DNA from: Dictyostelium discoideum
Lineage: Eukaryota
Reading direction: 5' to 3'
Assembly: GCA_000004695.1 (NCBI GenBank)
Contig: CM000153.2
Location: 736,001-800,000, forward strand
Length of the DNA: 64,000 nt
Positions within the stretch are counted from its first letter, which is position 1, and each line of letters starts with the position of its first letter. The notes below the pieces were generated by a model, which saw nothing but the letters and a program-made list of their open reading frames with translations, was not told where the DNA came from and searched no databases. Position numbers and translations under genes: made by a program. Below are positions 1 through 17,546 of this stretch, in pieces.

Positions 1-711
1 CAAACAGTAGTCTGTCGCCAACTGGTGGGCAGGGGCTTTGTATAAACAAATGAACCATCTGTTGAAATCTATTTAAAATTGAAATTTAAAATATGAAAAA
101 AAAAAAAAAAAAAAAAATTAATGAAAATGGAATGAGATTATTCATTTTTGTTACCAGTTTATGATTATTTTTAAATGAATTTCAAAAAAAAAATAAACAA
201 AATTTAATTTTAATTTATACAAAAAAGAACACAATAAAAAAAAATAAAAAAAATTAAAATTTTTAACTTAATCTTTAGAAAAACAATTTTTTTAATTTTT
301 TTTTTTGTTATAATTTTTATTATTTATTTTATTTTATTTTTAACCATCAAAAAATATTACATAAAAATATTGTAACTATTTTTAGGAAAAATGGTGGTTT
401 TTTTTTTTTTTTTTTATTGTGTGCTTTTTTGTTGCTGTGTTTACAAATTCATTTTAAATGAATAAAAAATTAAATCATAATATTTTGGTGGTTCCAATAA
501 TAGATTTTTCTAATCAAAAAATAAAAAGAAAAAAAAAAAAATGAACTTTGAGATTGTTTTTTTCTTTTTTATTTTTTATTTTTTTTTCTTTTTTTTTAAT
601 TTTTAATATTTTTTTTTTTAATATTATTAATAAATAAGGTAATTACAAAATGATCTATTTTTCAACTGATATCATTGGGGTTGAACGTAATTAAATTTAT
701 AATAATATTTT

Positions 712-751
<40 letters not shown>

Positions 752-1090
752 TTTAATTTTAGAACCATTGTTTCATCTTAAAATTAAAAAAAATAAAATA
801 AAATAAAATAATAATAATAATATTAATAATATTAAAAACAATCATAAAAATAATAATAAAAATAATCATAATTGGTGATAATGTTTTTTTTTTGGAAATA
901 TTAAAAAAAAAAAAATAATAAATAAATAAATAAATTAATTTTCAAACTTCACATCTTTATATTTTTATTTTTTCCTCTAAATATTAATTATATATATATA
1001 TTTTTCCTGAAAAAATTTTACCTAAAAAATAGGATGTAAAACTTTGAAAGTAAATTATATTTTTTATTAATTAATTTCAAAATAAAAAGA

Positions 1091-1124
1091 ATGAGAACCC
1101 CAAATTATATAAATAATAATTATT

Positions 1125-1219
<95 letters not shown>

Positions 1220-1534
1220 CAAACAAATTTAAATGAAGAAAACAATGATCAATACGATATGATGAGAGAAAATTTGAAAATTAGAAATATTACAGTTATA
1301 TTAAAATTATTAATAACAATGAAAGCTGGTATCACAAGAAATTCATCTGATACAACTGGTATGACAATGACTCCATCTGATCAAGTTCCAACACCTGGAG
1401 TATCAAAGGATGATTTTAATACTTTAATAATACGCCATTTTCGTTTATACAATAATTATCCATCTCCATCACCAACTACTTCATTTAACTCAACAAATCC
1501 CCAAAACACACACCAAACGCGAAAAAGTAATTAG
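1091..1534 (+). CDS. hypothetical small Asn-rich protein (weak)
   Basis: ATG-initiated 147-codon ORF; N-terminal half is an (AAT)n poly-Asn run, C-terminal half non-repetitive; no recognisable domain; could be chance ORF in AT-rich DNA. Confidence 0.25.
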
Positions 1535-1625
1535 AAATAAGAATTAGTTGTTTTAGTCATTTTATTTGCTCTTTAAAAAAAAAAAAAATTAATAAAATTT
1601 ATAAAAATAAAAAAAAAAGAAAAGA

Positions 1626-1670
<45 letters not shown>

Positions 1671-1987
1671 AACCAAATTAATTGTTTTAGTCATATTATT
1701 CATATTTATAAATTTAGTTTATTATTAAGAAGATTTTCTTCATTTTATTTTTAATAGTTATTTTCATCATTTTAATCACTTTAGTTTTTATTATATATTT
1801 TCATCATTTTAATAATATTATTTTAATTACAAATTTTCATCATATTAATCATTTTAATTTTTTTTATTTTTTTCATAAAGAGACTTAACAAAAAAAGAAT
1901 CATCATTTTATTAAACATTACACCACTTTTTATTTTTAATACTAAATAAAGATAATAAAAAATTAATTAAAAAGTGAATTCTTTTTT

Positions 1988-2019
<32 letters not shown>

Positions 2020-2037
2020 TTATTTTTACTATTAAAA

Positions 2038-6939
<4,902 letters not shown>

Positions 6940-6965
6940 TCTATTTCGGCCTAAACAGTGTTTTT

Positions 6966-7008
<43 letters not shown>

Positions 7009-7133
7009 CAATAATTTATAAAAAAAAGCCCGGAATCCCATTTTATTGAGTTGCGAGTGGCGAAAATTAAATTTGATTAGTTTTTATTTTATTTTTATTT
7101 TTATTTTATTTTTTTATTTTTTGATAAAAGAAA

Positions 7134-7246
7134 TTAAATTAATAATAAATCTTCAACTAACTTTCGTATGTAGGATTTATTAGAACCAAGATAGCTATTA
7201 ATTTTTTCACCATTTTTATATGTAACAAAACATGGAACACCTGAAA
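7134..7246 (-). CDS. same gene, exon 3: thioredoxin C-terminus VSGVPCFVTYKNGEKINSYLGSNKSYIRKLVEDLL
   Basis: intron 7247-7337 (GTATAT..ATATTTAG) contains (AAAT)n; the translation aligns to the thioredoxin C-terminus, [32 protein letters not shown] (quoted from memory); total CDS 1191 nt = 397 codons, in frame. Confidence 0.6.
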
Positions 7247-7277
7247 CTAAATATTGAATTAAAAATTGAATTATTAA

Positions 7278-7324
<47 letters not shown>

Positions 7325-7337
7325 ATATTATATATAC

Positions 7338-7454
7338 CATTTTTACAAACTTCTATATTGGGTAATTTGTCTAGGTCAACCTTTATAAACATGATTTGTT
7401 GTTGAGACTCTGCATAGATTTTTAAAACTTTTTCACATTCTTTACATTTATCAC
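7338..7454 (-). CDS. same gene, exon 2: thioredoxin active-site region WCDKCKEC...IMFIKVDLDKLPNIEVCKN
   Basis: 85-nt intron 7455-7539 (GTATGT..TTTTTAG); joining gives W-C-D-K-C (CxxC) in the exact position of WCGPC of thioredoxin. Confidence 0.6.
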
Positions 7455-7490
7455 CTAAAAATTAAATAATTGATTTGGTTAATTTATTTA

Positions 7491-7521
<31 letters not shown>

Positions 7522-7539
7522 GAAAAAAAAAATACATAC

Positions 7540-8418
7540 ACCACAATGTTGATAAAAATACCATTACTAAATTTCTTTTTGAAAATTCATTTTCAAATTC
7601 ATCAATACTTTTTGGTTCTGTATAATTCTTTGAGTTTTTATTATTTAAAAAATCCATTGTAAATTGTGATAACCCAGGTGGAGGTTCTAATTGTGGTCCT
7701 GATAGTTTAACAATATCAGGTATGGTTTGTGGAATAAACATTGGTTTTGAAAAAATTTGATTTATTTTTGTTGTTGGTATTGGTAATTGTTCTTGTTGCT
7801 CTTGTTGTTGTTCTTGTTGAAGTTTTTGTAATTTTAGATTTGCTAAAATTAAATCATTTTCTAATTTTGTAATTTTTAAATCTTTTTCTTTATTTGACTC
7901 AATTAAATTAATTAACATTGATTGTAATAAAACATGTGGACATGTTATTTCATGAATTGATACAATTGATCTAATTGAAGAGAATTTACAATTCACATTT
8001 TCACCTTTACAATTTATTATGATTGATTCACATTGATTTGTAATATGATTATTAATTTCTGTATTTTTAAATAACTTTCCACAACCTAATGAACATAGTT
8101 GAGTTTTACAATCATTTTTTAAATGATAATTAATGAAATTATTACACCTTTTAATTGGTATAATATCATCACATTCATCACAAACAACTAAAATCTCATT
8201 AAATTTACCAATATTAAAATCTTGTGAAATTTCTATTTTATTTACAATTTTTGTGGTTGTTGTTGTTGTTTTTATTTCACACGTTGGACATATATCTCTA
8301 CCATTTAAACATTCCCTACAAAATATTTTACCACATTGTTTCTCCTGTACAGGGTCATTTAAATAATTAGAACAAATTTGACATTTTAATTCATTACCAA
8401 TTTTATTAATTTTAATAA

Positions 8419-8464
<46 letters not shown>

Positions 8465-8500
8465 ATTACTATTCATATTTTTATTATTATTTTTTAACAA
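7540..8500 (-). CDS. RING/TRAF-zinc-finger - thioredoxin fusion protein, exon 1 (RING-like CQIC..CPTC, TRAF-type Zn finger, coiled coil, start of thioredoxin fold ending ..VMVFLSTLW-C)
   Basis: ATG at 8500; Cys patterns CQICSNYLNDPVQEKQCGKIFCRECLNGRDICPTC and CKTQLCSLGCGKLFKNTEINNHITNQC; exon ends TTG TGG T followed by GTATGT donor (7539). Confidence 0.7.
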
Positions 8501-8508
8501 TTGTTTAT

Positions 8509-8539
<31 letters not shown>

Positions 8540-9495
8540 CCTGTTTAGATCATAACATCGTCATAATGGTTTTTTTTTTTTTATTTTTTTTTTTTTTTAA
8601 AAATATCAAAAAAAAATCAAAAATTAAAAAATTAATAAAACCAAAATAAAAAATTAAAAAAAATTAAAAAAAATTAAAAAAATTAAAAAAAAAGTGTAAA
8701 AAAGAAATATATTTTTAAAAATGATTGACTTTTTTTAAAAAAAAAATATGCAAAATGAAAGTTTTAAATATTTATTTCATTTTTATTCTTTTTCTTAAGT
8801 TTTATTTAATTTTTTTTATTTTGTATAAAATTCTTATTATTATTGATTTGATTTTAAAAAAGATAAAAAGTTTATAATTTTTTTTTTTTATTTTGTATAG
8901 AACTCTTATTATTATTGATTGACAATAATATTATAAAAAATAAAAAAAATAAAATAAAAAAATAAAAAAAAAAAAAAAAAAAAAAGAAATTAAGGAATAT
9001 ATATACCCTATCCTCTTTTAAATAATTGCAATCAAATGAAAAAAAAATTAAAATATTGATTAAAAAAAAATTAAAAAAAATGAGATGATTTTCTTGAAAT
9101 TAATTTTCCCAAAAATATGTAATCAAAACAAAACAATAAAATAAATAAGGAATTAATGATAATAAAAATTATAAAATAATAATGGTATATTATAACAAAA
9201 TAGTAATATTTATAATAATTACAAGGATGAAATTTTAGAAATAATTTTTATATTTTTTTGAAATTTAACCCATTTCACACTTGTATAAAAGACACCCCAT
9301 AAAAAAAAAAAAAGAAAAAAAAAAAAAAAACTAAAAATTATAAGAACTTTTGAACAAATATTTTTGTTTTTAAATATCTTTTTTTTTTTTTTTTTTTTTT
9401 TTTTTTCATGAATAATTACCAAAATGTTTTTCAAAAATATCCCGATTTTTAAACCCAGGGTTTTAATTTTCGGTTTTGAATTAATTAACTGACAC

Positions 9496-9535
<40 letters not shown>

Positions 9536-9871
9536 AAAAAAAAAATTAAAAAAAAAATTAAAAAAAAATAATTTTTTAATCTGATTTATTTTTTTTTTAT
9601 GGAGTGTCCAAACCTTACTGATTCACTAAACCGAACCCTATTTACACCTATTTTTTATTAAAAAACAATCGTTAATTTAATATTTATTTTATTTTTATTT
9701 TTTTTCATTTTTTTTTATTTTATTTTAATTTTATTTTATTTTATTTTATTTTATTTTTTTTTTTCTATACAAAAAAAAAAAAAAATTACCTATAAATTTT
9801 TTTAGTATAAATAAAAATAACATTTATATCAATTTTAGTTTAAAGACAATTTTAGATTTGGTGTGGGTTTG

Positions 9872-9905
<34 letters not shown>

Positions 9906-10463
9906 TGTATTCTAATTTTGTGGTTTTTAGTCATCATTTTACTTTAAATATCTTTTTTTTTATTTTATTTTAAAATTCATACACAAACAATAAAATAAAT
10001 AATATTATTTCTTTTTTATTATTATTTTTTTGTTTTTCTAATAGTACAAACCTGTGATACCATTTTAATTTTGTCGTTCAGATTTCACCACAAATAATTA
10101 ATTAATTCACTCTTTGTTTATTATTAAATTAAAATAAAAAAAAAATAAAATAAAAAAAAATAAAAAAAAATAAAAAATAATAAAAATAAAAATAAAAATA
10201 AAAATAAAAAAAAGTAATAATATCTTTAAAAAATATTTATTTATAATTTTTAAAAATATTTATTTTTAATTTTTTTAATTTTTATTTTTAATTTTTATTT
10301 GTTTGAAAGTAAAAAAAAAAATAAAAAGCAAATAAAAAAAAAAAAAAAAAAAAAGAAAGCAAAATTAAAATAATTATTTTAAAAATAAGTTAAGAGTGTA
10401 TAACAACAAAAAAAAAAAAAAAATTAATTCCAGAAAATAAAAAAAATAATAATAATAATTATA

Positions 10464-12248
10464 ATGGATTTTTTAAATAAAAAAATTCAAAAAATATTAT
10501 TTATTTGTATTTTATCATTTTTAATTGTAAATTTAACTAAATCAGAAATTAGTGAAGTTAAAGATGTTAGTAAATTTTTATCAGTAGGTGGAGGAGGTAC
10601 AGGAGGATGTCAACATCCAATTTATTGTAATGGTACATTATTAAAAACAATACAATTGACACAAGTATTTAATGATTCAAAGACATTTGTCGATATGCCA
10701 ATGAGAACATCAATAGAGAATGTTAATGAATTGTTCAACCAACTTTTATTGAACACCAGTAAAAATGGTGGACCAAATAAAGAGGAGTTGGCAGCATTCC
10801 TCAGTGAAAATTTCTACCCAGCAGGGTACGAAGTTGAGCCGGTTACACCAGTAGATTGGGTGCCAAATCCAAGTTTTTTAGATGAAATCACTGATCCGAA
10901 TTTAGTGGATTTCGCAAGAAGCATCCATGGCAAATGGCTGGAATTAACCAGAGTATTCAACACCAGTGGATTGTGTGACGGTTGCTATAGTTCAATACCT
11001 GTGAATAATCCATTCGTAATTGCAGGTTCAAGATTCCGTGAGTTCTACTATTGGGATAGTTATTGGATCATTCAAGGTTTATTAGTATCTGATATGACTA
11101 CAACTGCCAAAGGCATGTTAAGAAATTTCGGTGATATGATAACTGAATTTGGGTTCATTCCAAATGGTGGTAGAATCTATTACTTAAATAGAAGTCAACC
11201 ACCACTTTTCACCCAAATGGTGAATAAATATTTTGAAGCAACCAATGGTAGTGATATTGAATTCCTTCAAGAGATATTACCAATTTTAGACCAAGAATAC
11301 CAATGGTGGATGACCCATCGTACAACAGAGTTGACCAATGGGGAAACTGGCGAAAGTGTGATTTTGAATCTTTATAATGTAAGCAACAATTCACCACGTC
11401 CAGAATCCTATTATGAGGATTTCACCGACGCTCAGTCATTTTCAAGTGTTGAAGAAAAGGATTATTTCTATAGTTCAATTGCCAGTGGTGCAGAGAGTGG
11501 TTGGGATTTCTCAAGTCGTTGGATGAGTCCATCTGACAATACCAATTTAACAACCATCCAAACCGTTGATGTAGTACCTGTGGATTTAAATTCCATACTT
11601 TATTTAAATGAAAAGATTCTTTCATCATTCCATAGAACACTTGGCAACAATTCAATGGCAGTCTATTACCAAGCTCAATCCGAGTCAAGAGTGGATGCAA
11701 TGCAACAAGTGTTTTTCAATGAGGATACTTACCAATGGAATGATTATAACTTGAAAACTAGCACAAACAATGAGGCTTGGTATACTTCAAATATTTTACC
11801 ATTGTTTGCCGACATTCAATCCTCAATCGATATGGATAACCAAGAGATTGATCTCATCTTTAAGAGTTTGGCAAATGTTTTAATAGCCTATCCAGGTGGT
11901 GTCCCTACTTCACTTATCTCTGCCCAAAGTTTACAATGGGATGGTTTAAACGTTTGGCCACCACTTCAATATTGGATCATTGAATCAATTATGACTCCAA
12001 ATACTACATTTTCAAATATGATTGGTAAAAATTTAATTGATCGTTGGATCACTACAAACTTTTGTGGTTGGAATTCAACTTTGGAATCTGAAGGTGGTAT
12101 GATGTTTGAAAAATATAATGCAAACTATATTGGTGTACCTGGTGGTGGTGGTGAATATGTTGTTCAAAATGGTTTTGGTTGGACAAATGGTGTTGATTTA
12201 TATTTATTAAAAAAATATGGTAAATCAATAACTTTAAATAGTTGTTAA
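10464..12248 (+). CDS. treh: trehalase (glycoside hydrolase family 37), secreted
   Basis: single 594-codon ORF; hydrophobic signal peptide; trehalase signature 1 SRFREFYYWDSYWIIQG and signature 2 QWDGLNVWPPLQ both present. Confidence 0.9.
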   Translation: MDFLNKKIQKILFICILSFLIVNLTKSEISEVKDVSKFLSVGGGGTGGCQHPIYCNGTLLKTIQLTQVFNDSKTFVDMPMRTSIENVNELFNQLLLNTSKNGGPNKEELAAFLSENFYPAGYEVEPVTPVDWVPNPSFLDEITDPNLVDFARSIHGKWLELTRVFNTSGLCDGCYSSIPVNNPFVIAGSRFREFYYWDSYWIIQGLLVSDMTTTAKGMLRNFGDMITEFGFIPNGGRIYYLNRSQPPLFTQMVNKYFEATNGSDIEFLQEILPILDQEYQWWMTHRTTELTNGETGESVILNLYNVSNNSPRPESYYEDFTDAQSFSSVEEKDYFYSSIASGAESGWDFSSRWMSPSDNTNLTTIQTVDVVPVDLNSILYLNEKILSSFHRTLGNNSMAVYYQAQSESRVDAMQQVFFNEDTYQWNDYNLKTSTNNEAWYTSNILPLFADIQSSIDMDNQEIDLIFKSLANVLIAYPGGVPTSLISAQSLQWDGLNVWPPLQYWIIESIMTPNTTFSNMIGKNLIDRWITTNFCGWNSTLESEGGMMFEKYNANYIGVPGGGGEYVVQNGFGWTNGVDLYLLKKYGKSITLNSC

Positions 12249-13040
12249 AAAAATAATAAAAAAATAAAAAAATATTTAAATAAATAATAATAATATATAA
12301 AATTAATTTTTTTTTTTTTTTTAAAAAAAAATTTATTTATAATAAAAATAATAATAATAAATAATAATAATAGTAAAAATAAAACAAATTACTGAAAAAA
12401 AAAAAAAAGAATAAAAAAAATACAATAAAAAGAATAAAAAAATAAAAACTTAAGGTCCGAATATTTTATTTTAGGCATAAAAAAAATAAAAAAGTAATAA
12501 AAAATTAAAATAAGAAATTTATACAATTTAAAAAAATAAAATAATTTAATTAAATCAATTTGGGTTTTTTTTTTTAATTGTCCTTTAAAATAAAAAAAAT
12601 AATTACAAAAAATATGGATGATAAATAATTAAATTCTAAAAATAAAATTTTTGATTAAAAAATAAAAAATAAGAAAAAACAGAATGATTACATTCATTTT
12701 TTTTTTTTTTTATATTTAATATCATTTTGTGTATTTTTGAATATTATATTTATCTTTTTTTATTGATATTAAAAATAAATAAAATTAAATTATTGTTAAA
12801 AACAAAAAGAAAAAAAGGAAAAAATAAAATCATATTAAATTTTTTTTTTGTTTTATTTTTTTTTTTTTTTTTTGACATATCTAAAAAATAATATTATAAA
12901 TGATCAAAAAAAAAATAAGGGTCCAAAATTTAACTGAAAATAAAAATAAAAAAAATAAAAAAAAATAAAAAAAAATAAAAAATAAAAAAAAAAAAAAAAA
13001 AAAGATATTTTTTTTTGATTTTAATTTTTTTTTTTTTTTG

Positions 13041-13086
<46 letters not shown>

Positions 13087-13171
13087 CTCTCACACAAAAA
13101 ATAAAAAAAAATAAAAAAAATAAAAAATAAAAAACATAAAACGATTATCAAAAATAGATAAAGCCATTGTA

Positions 13172-13212
<41 letters not shown>

Positions 13213-13415
13213 TTTTATTTATTTGAATTTATTTTTATTTTATATATAAAGTCTTAAATTTTATTTATTTATTTATTTATTTTTTTTATTCAAATATCTC
13301 AAATACACACACTCACACTAATTTACACACAAAATACACGCTCATCAAAAATAATAATAAAAAACACAATAATAATAATAATAATTGTAATATACATATT
13401 AAATAATAATTTAAA

Positions 13416-13520
13416 ATGGGATCAGTTGATACATCAGTCCCATCATTCGATAGAGCATGGAGTATAAAATATGAAGATTTAGATTTTATTTCTGAAATTG
13501 GTTCAGGTGGTTTTGGAAAA
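13416..13520 (+). CDS. protein kinase (TKL-like) exon 1: glycine loop GSGGFGK
   Basis: ATG 13416; ends before GTAAGT donor at 13521. Confidence 0.7.
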
Positions 13521-13613
13521 GTAAGTTAGTTTATGATTTATTTATTTTTTTTTTTTTATTATTAGTTTACTTATAATCGGGGATTTTTTTTTTTTTTTTT
13601 TTATAAAAAAAAG

Positions 13614-13818
13614 GTTTTCAAAGGTGAATATTTAGGTGCACCAGTTGCAATTAAGAAAATTCATATTTTACCTGATGATCCAAATCGTGTTGATTTAGAG
13701 AAATTTTTAAATCGTGAAATTGAAACTATTAAATTATTCACTCATCCAAATGTAATTCAATTTGTTGGTATCTCTGAAAATAATGGTATTCTTTTCATTG
13801 TTACTGAATTAATCGAAG
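13614..13818 (+). CDS. protein kinase exon 2 (VAIKK lysine, alphaC, hinge)
   Basis: acceptor AAAAAAAAG at 13613; VFKGEYLGAPVAIKKI...ILFIVTELIEG; donor GTAAAT 13819. Confidence 0.75.
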
Positions 13819-13902
13819 GTAAATATATAAATATATAAAAATAAATAAAAAATATATATAATAAAACTAATAATTATTTTTATTTTATAAATTATTACAC
13901 AG

Positions 13903-14089
13903 GTGGTGATTTACAATATTATTTAAAGAATCAATCAATTGATTTACCATGGTTTTTAAGAGCAAACATCGCTCTTGATGTCTCTTTAGCAATGTCATAT
14001 CTTCATTCAAAATCAATTGTTCATAGAGATTTAAAATCTACAAATTTATTAGTTGATAAAAATTGGAAGATTAAAGTTTGTGATTTTGG
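13903..14089 (+). CDS. protein kinase exon 3 (catalytic loop [15 protein letters not shown])
   Basis: acceptor CACAG 13902; ends GAT TTT GG + GTAAGA donor 14090. Confidence 0.8.
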
Positions 14090-14176
14090 GTAAGATACAT
14101 AATTATAATTATAATAGTTGTTATTTATTTTTCATATTATTAATTTTTTTTTTTTTTTTTTTTGTTTTTTTTATAG

Positions 14177-15376
14177 TTTTGCAAGAATCGTTGAAGAAGA
14201 TAATAATAAGTCAATGACAATTTGTGGTACTGATAATTGGATGTCACCAGAGATGATAACTGGATTAGATTATGATGAGAGATCAGATATCTTTTCATTT
14301 GGTATTGTTTTATTAGAGATTATAAGTAGAGTTAAACCAGCACCTTATATGAGAGATGCATCATTTGGATTAGCAGAAGATATCGTTAGAAATCAATTGA
14401 TACCAACTGATTGTCCAGAGAGTTTAATTGATTTAACATTTAATTGTTGTTCAGTTGATCCAAATAATAGACCTTCATTCAAAGAGATTTCCCAAACTTT
14501 AAAACAAATTAAAACTACTTTAGATTCAAATATAGTTTATCCAGAAATTCGTGATTTTGAACAACAACAAAAAATTTCAACAACAAATGGTAATAATAAA
14601 CAAAATGGAGGCGCTCCAAAAATTAATAATTTACCACTTCAATATAGTAATAATAATAATAATATTTATGATGATGATGATGATGACGATGATGACGATG
14701 ATGATAATGATTCATTCCCAAGACCATATTCAGATAATAGTAATAGTAATGTAACTTTAGAATCAAATTCAAATTATAATTCATCAACTATAAATGGACA
14801 AGAGCAACAAGAACAACAAGAACAACAACAACAACAACAAGTAAAAGAAGAAAGGGATGAAGGTGAAATTGAACAAGATGATGATAATATTGAGGTATAT
14901 GATAGTGATTATCAAAAGAAATTAGAAGAACATCAAAAAGAATTATTAGAAAGACAAAATCAAAATCAAGAAGGATCAACTGATGAGAATGAAGTTTATG
15001 AACAAGAAGAAGAAGAAGAAGAAGAGGATGAGGAAGAACAAGTTATTTCAACACCAGCTAAAAAGAGAATTTCATTTGGGCAAGATACTTTCCACACATA
15101 TGAAGCATATAGAACTGATGATGAAGATGATGATGATGATGAAGAGGATGAAGAAGAGGGTGATGAATATGACCATGGTTATGATGATTTCGATGAAGAT
15201 GATGAAGATGATGAAGAATATGATGAAGATGAAGATGATGAAGATGAAAGACAAATTCAATATTATCAACAACAATTACAATATCAACAACAATTACAAA
15301 AGCAACAAGAACAAGAATATCAAAGACAACAACAATTACAATTACAAAGAGAAGAAGAAGAATATCAAAGACAATT

Positions 15377-15427
<51 letters not shown>

Positions 15428-16964
15428 TCAACAACAATATGATGATGATGATGATGACGATGATGAAGAAGAAGAAGAGTATGATGATGTAATTAGACAT
15501 GATACTGATTCTGAAGAAGAATCAAAAGATAAAACTCCACTTCCATGGGATCAACACTTTGAAAAACAAAAAGAATCTGAAAATAAAGTTGAACAAGAGG
15601 AAACTAATGTAGTTGTTGCTAATAGTCAAGAAACTGAGCAACAACAACAACAACAACAACAACCAAAAGAAGAAGAAGAAGAAGAACCAACTAAAGTTGA
15701 AGATGTTAAAGTTGAAACTGAAGAACAAACCAAAGAAGAGCATGATGTTAAGGTTGATGAAGAATCAACTAAAGTTGATGAACCAGTTGATGAACCAACT
15801 AAAGTTGAAGAATCAGTTGAACAAGTTAAAGCTGAAGAACCAAATAAAGTTGAAGAATTGGTCGAAGAAGTTAAAGTTGAAGAAGAACCAACTAACGTTG
15901 AAGAAGTTAAAGCTGAAGAACCAGTAGAAGAAGTTAAAGTTGAAGAACCAGTTGAAGAAGTTAAAGCTGAAGAACCAGTTGAAGAAGTTAAAGCTGAAGA
16001 ACCAGTTGAAGAAGTTAAAACTGAAGAACCAGTTGAAGAAGTTAAAGTTGAAGAACCAGTTGAGGAAGTTAAAGTTGAAGAACCAGTTGAAGAAGTTGAA
16101 GCTGAAGAATCAGTCCAAGAACCAGTTGAAGAAGTTAAAGTTGATGAACCAACTAAAGTTGAAGAACCAACTAAAGTTGAAGAACCAATCGAAGAGGTTA
16201 AAGTTGAAGAACCAACTAAAGTTGAAGAATCAATTGAAGAAGTCAAAGTCGAAGAACCAACCAAAGTTGAAGAACCAGTTGAAGAAATTAAACCTGAAGA
16301 ACCAACCAAAGTTGAAGAATCAGTTGAAGATGTTAAAGTTGAAGATGTTAAAGTTGAAGAAGTTAAAGCTGAAGAACCAACTAAAGCTGAAGAATCAGTT
16401 GAAGATGTTAAAGTTGAAGAACCAATTAAGGTTGAAGAACCAGTTAAAGTTGAAGAACCAGTTAAAGTTGAAGAACCAGTTAAGGTTGAAGAACCAATTA
16501 AAGTTGAAGAACCAATTAAAGTTGAAGAACCAATTAAAGTTGAAGAACCAATTAAAGTTGAAGAACCAATTAAGGTTGAAGAACCAGTTAAGGTTGAAGT
16601 TGCCTCACCAGTTGTTCAAGAACAACCACCACAACAAGAAGAAAAACCAGAAGTCGTTTCAACTTCAACGATTACAATTGCATCATCACCACAACAATCA
16701 TCTAATTCACCACCATCAACTCCAGTTAAACAACCACAACAACAAGAAATCGAAGTAAATTCAACTCCAATTAAACAACAACAACAACAACAACAAACAC
16801 CAACACAACAAACACAAACACCAACTAAACAACACACTGAAATTAATGTCCAACCAACTCCAACTAAAACTCCACCATTACCACCTCAAACAAATGAAAA
16901 AATACCACTTATTTCACCAAATAATAAATCAAATAGAGGTTGTTGTTCCTGTTTCATCCAATAA
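14177..16964 (+). CDS. protein kinase exon 4: activation segment (CGTDNWMSPE), end of kinase domain, then ~800-aa acidic low-complexity tail with poly-D/E, poly-Q and PEVK-like tandem repeats
   Basis: acceptor TTATAG 14176 restores DFG codon; ORF open to TAA at 16962-16964; total CDS 3285 nt = 1095 codons. Confidence 0.8.
15900..16610 (+). repeat. coding tandem repeats: 27-nt unit (EEPVEEVKA/V) x ~12 then 18-nt unit (EEPIKV/EEPVKV) x ~11
   Basis: direct near-perfect nucleotide repeats within kinase exon 4; produce spurious ORFs in other frames and antisense. Confidence 0.85.
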
Positions 16965-17546
16965 TCTCTGAAATTAAAAATTAAAAATTCCAAAATTTTA
17001 ATCTTGGAAATTAAAAATTCCAAATTTGGAAAAAAAAAAAAACAAAAAAAACAAAAAAAAAAAAATAAAAATAAAAATAAAAAAAAATAAAAATATATAA
17101 ATTAATTAAAAAAAAAAATAAAAATAAAAAAAATATATTGTTCAGGATTTCGTTTTTTTTTTTCATTGCAATTTAATCATTGAGAAATAGTAGAGAATGA
17201 GTTTCGTTTGCACACTTTTTTTATTTTTTTTTATTTTTATTTTTTTTTTTTTTTATTAATTTTTACATTTTTTTTTTAATTTTTTTTTTTTTTAATTTTT
17301 TTTTTTTTAATTTTTTTTTATTTTTTTTTTTTTTTTACTTTTTTTTTCAAAATTTTTTTTTTTTTTTTTTTGACCGGCAAAATCGACATTCATTATTTTC
17401 AAAACACAAATAATAATAAAAATTAAAATAATAATAATAATATAATAATAATAATAAATAATTAGTTTTTTTTTTTTTTTAAACAATTTTAAATAATAAA
17501 ATAATAAATAAATAAATAAAAATAAATATAAAAAATTCAATAATAA

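Noticed and set aside
9219-9434. Low-complexity ORFs in intergenic poly(A/T) DNA (9219-9434, 12881-13093, 35940-36140, 39213-39482, 39526-39747, 41033-41242, 44046-44309, 45492-45818, 48326-48631, 54729-55019, 17307-17540)
   Set aside because: Lys/Phe/Ile-rich translations of homopolymer tracts, many starting at non-ATG codons; no domain content.
15900-16610. Regular short direct repeats that could superficially resemble a CRISPR array; likewise 52100-53400
   Set aside because: They are in-frame coding repeats inside long eukaryotic ORFs (EEPVKV / GNNGNT / 60-aa units), with no repeat-spacer architecture or leader.
15626-16758. ORFs 15626-16309 (minus, STLVGSS..) and 15940-16758 (plus, KNQLKKLKLKNQ..)
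   Set aside because: Antisense and out-of-frame translations of the kinase tail repeat, with periodicity inherited from the true frame.
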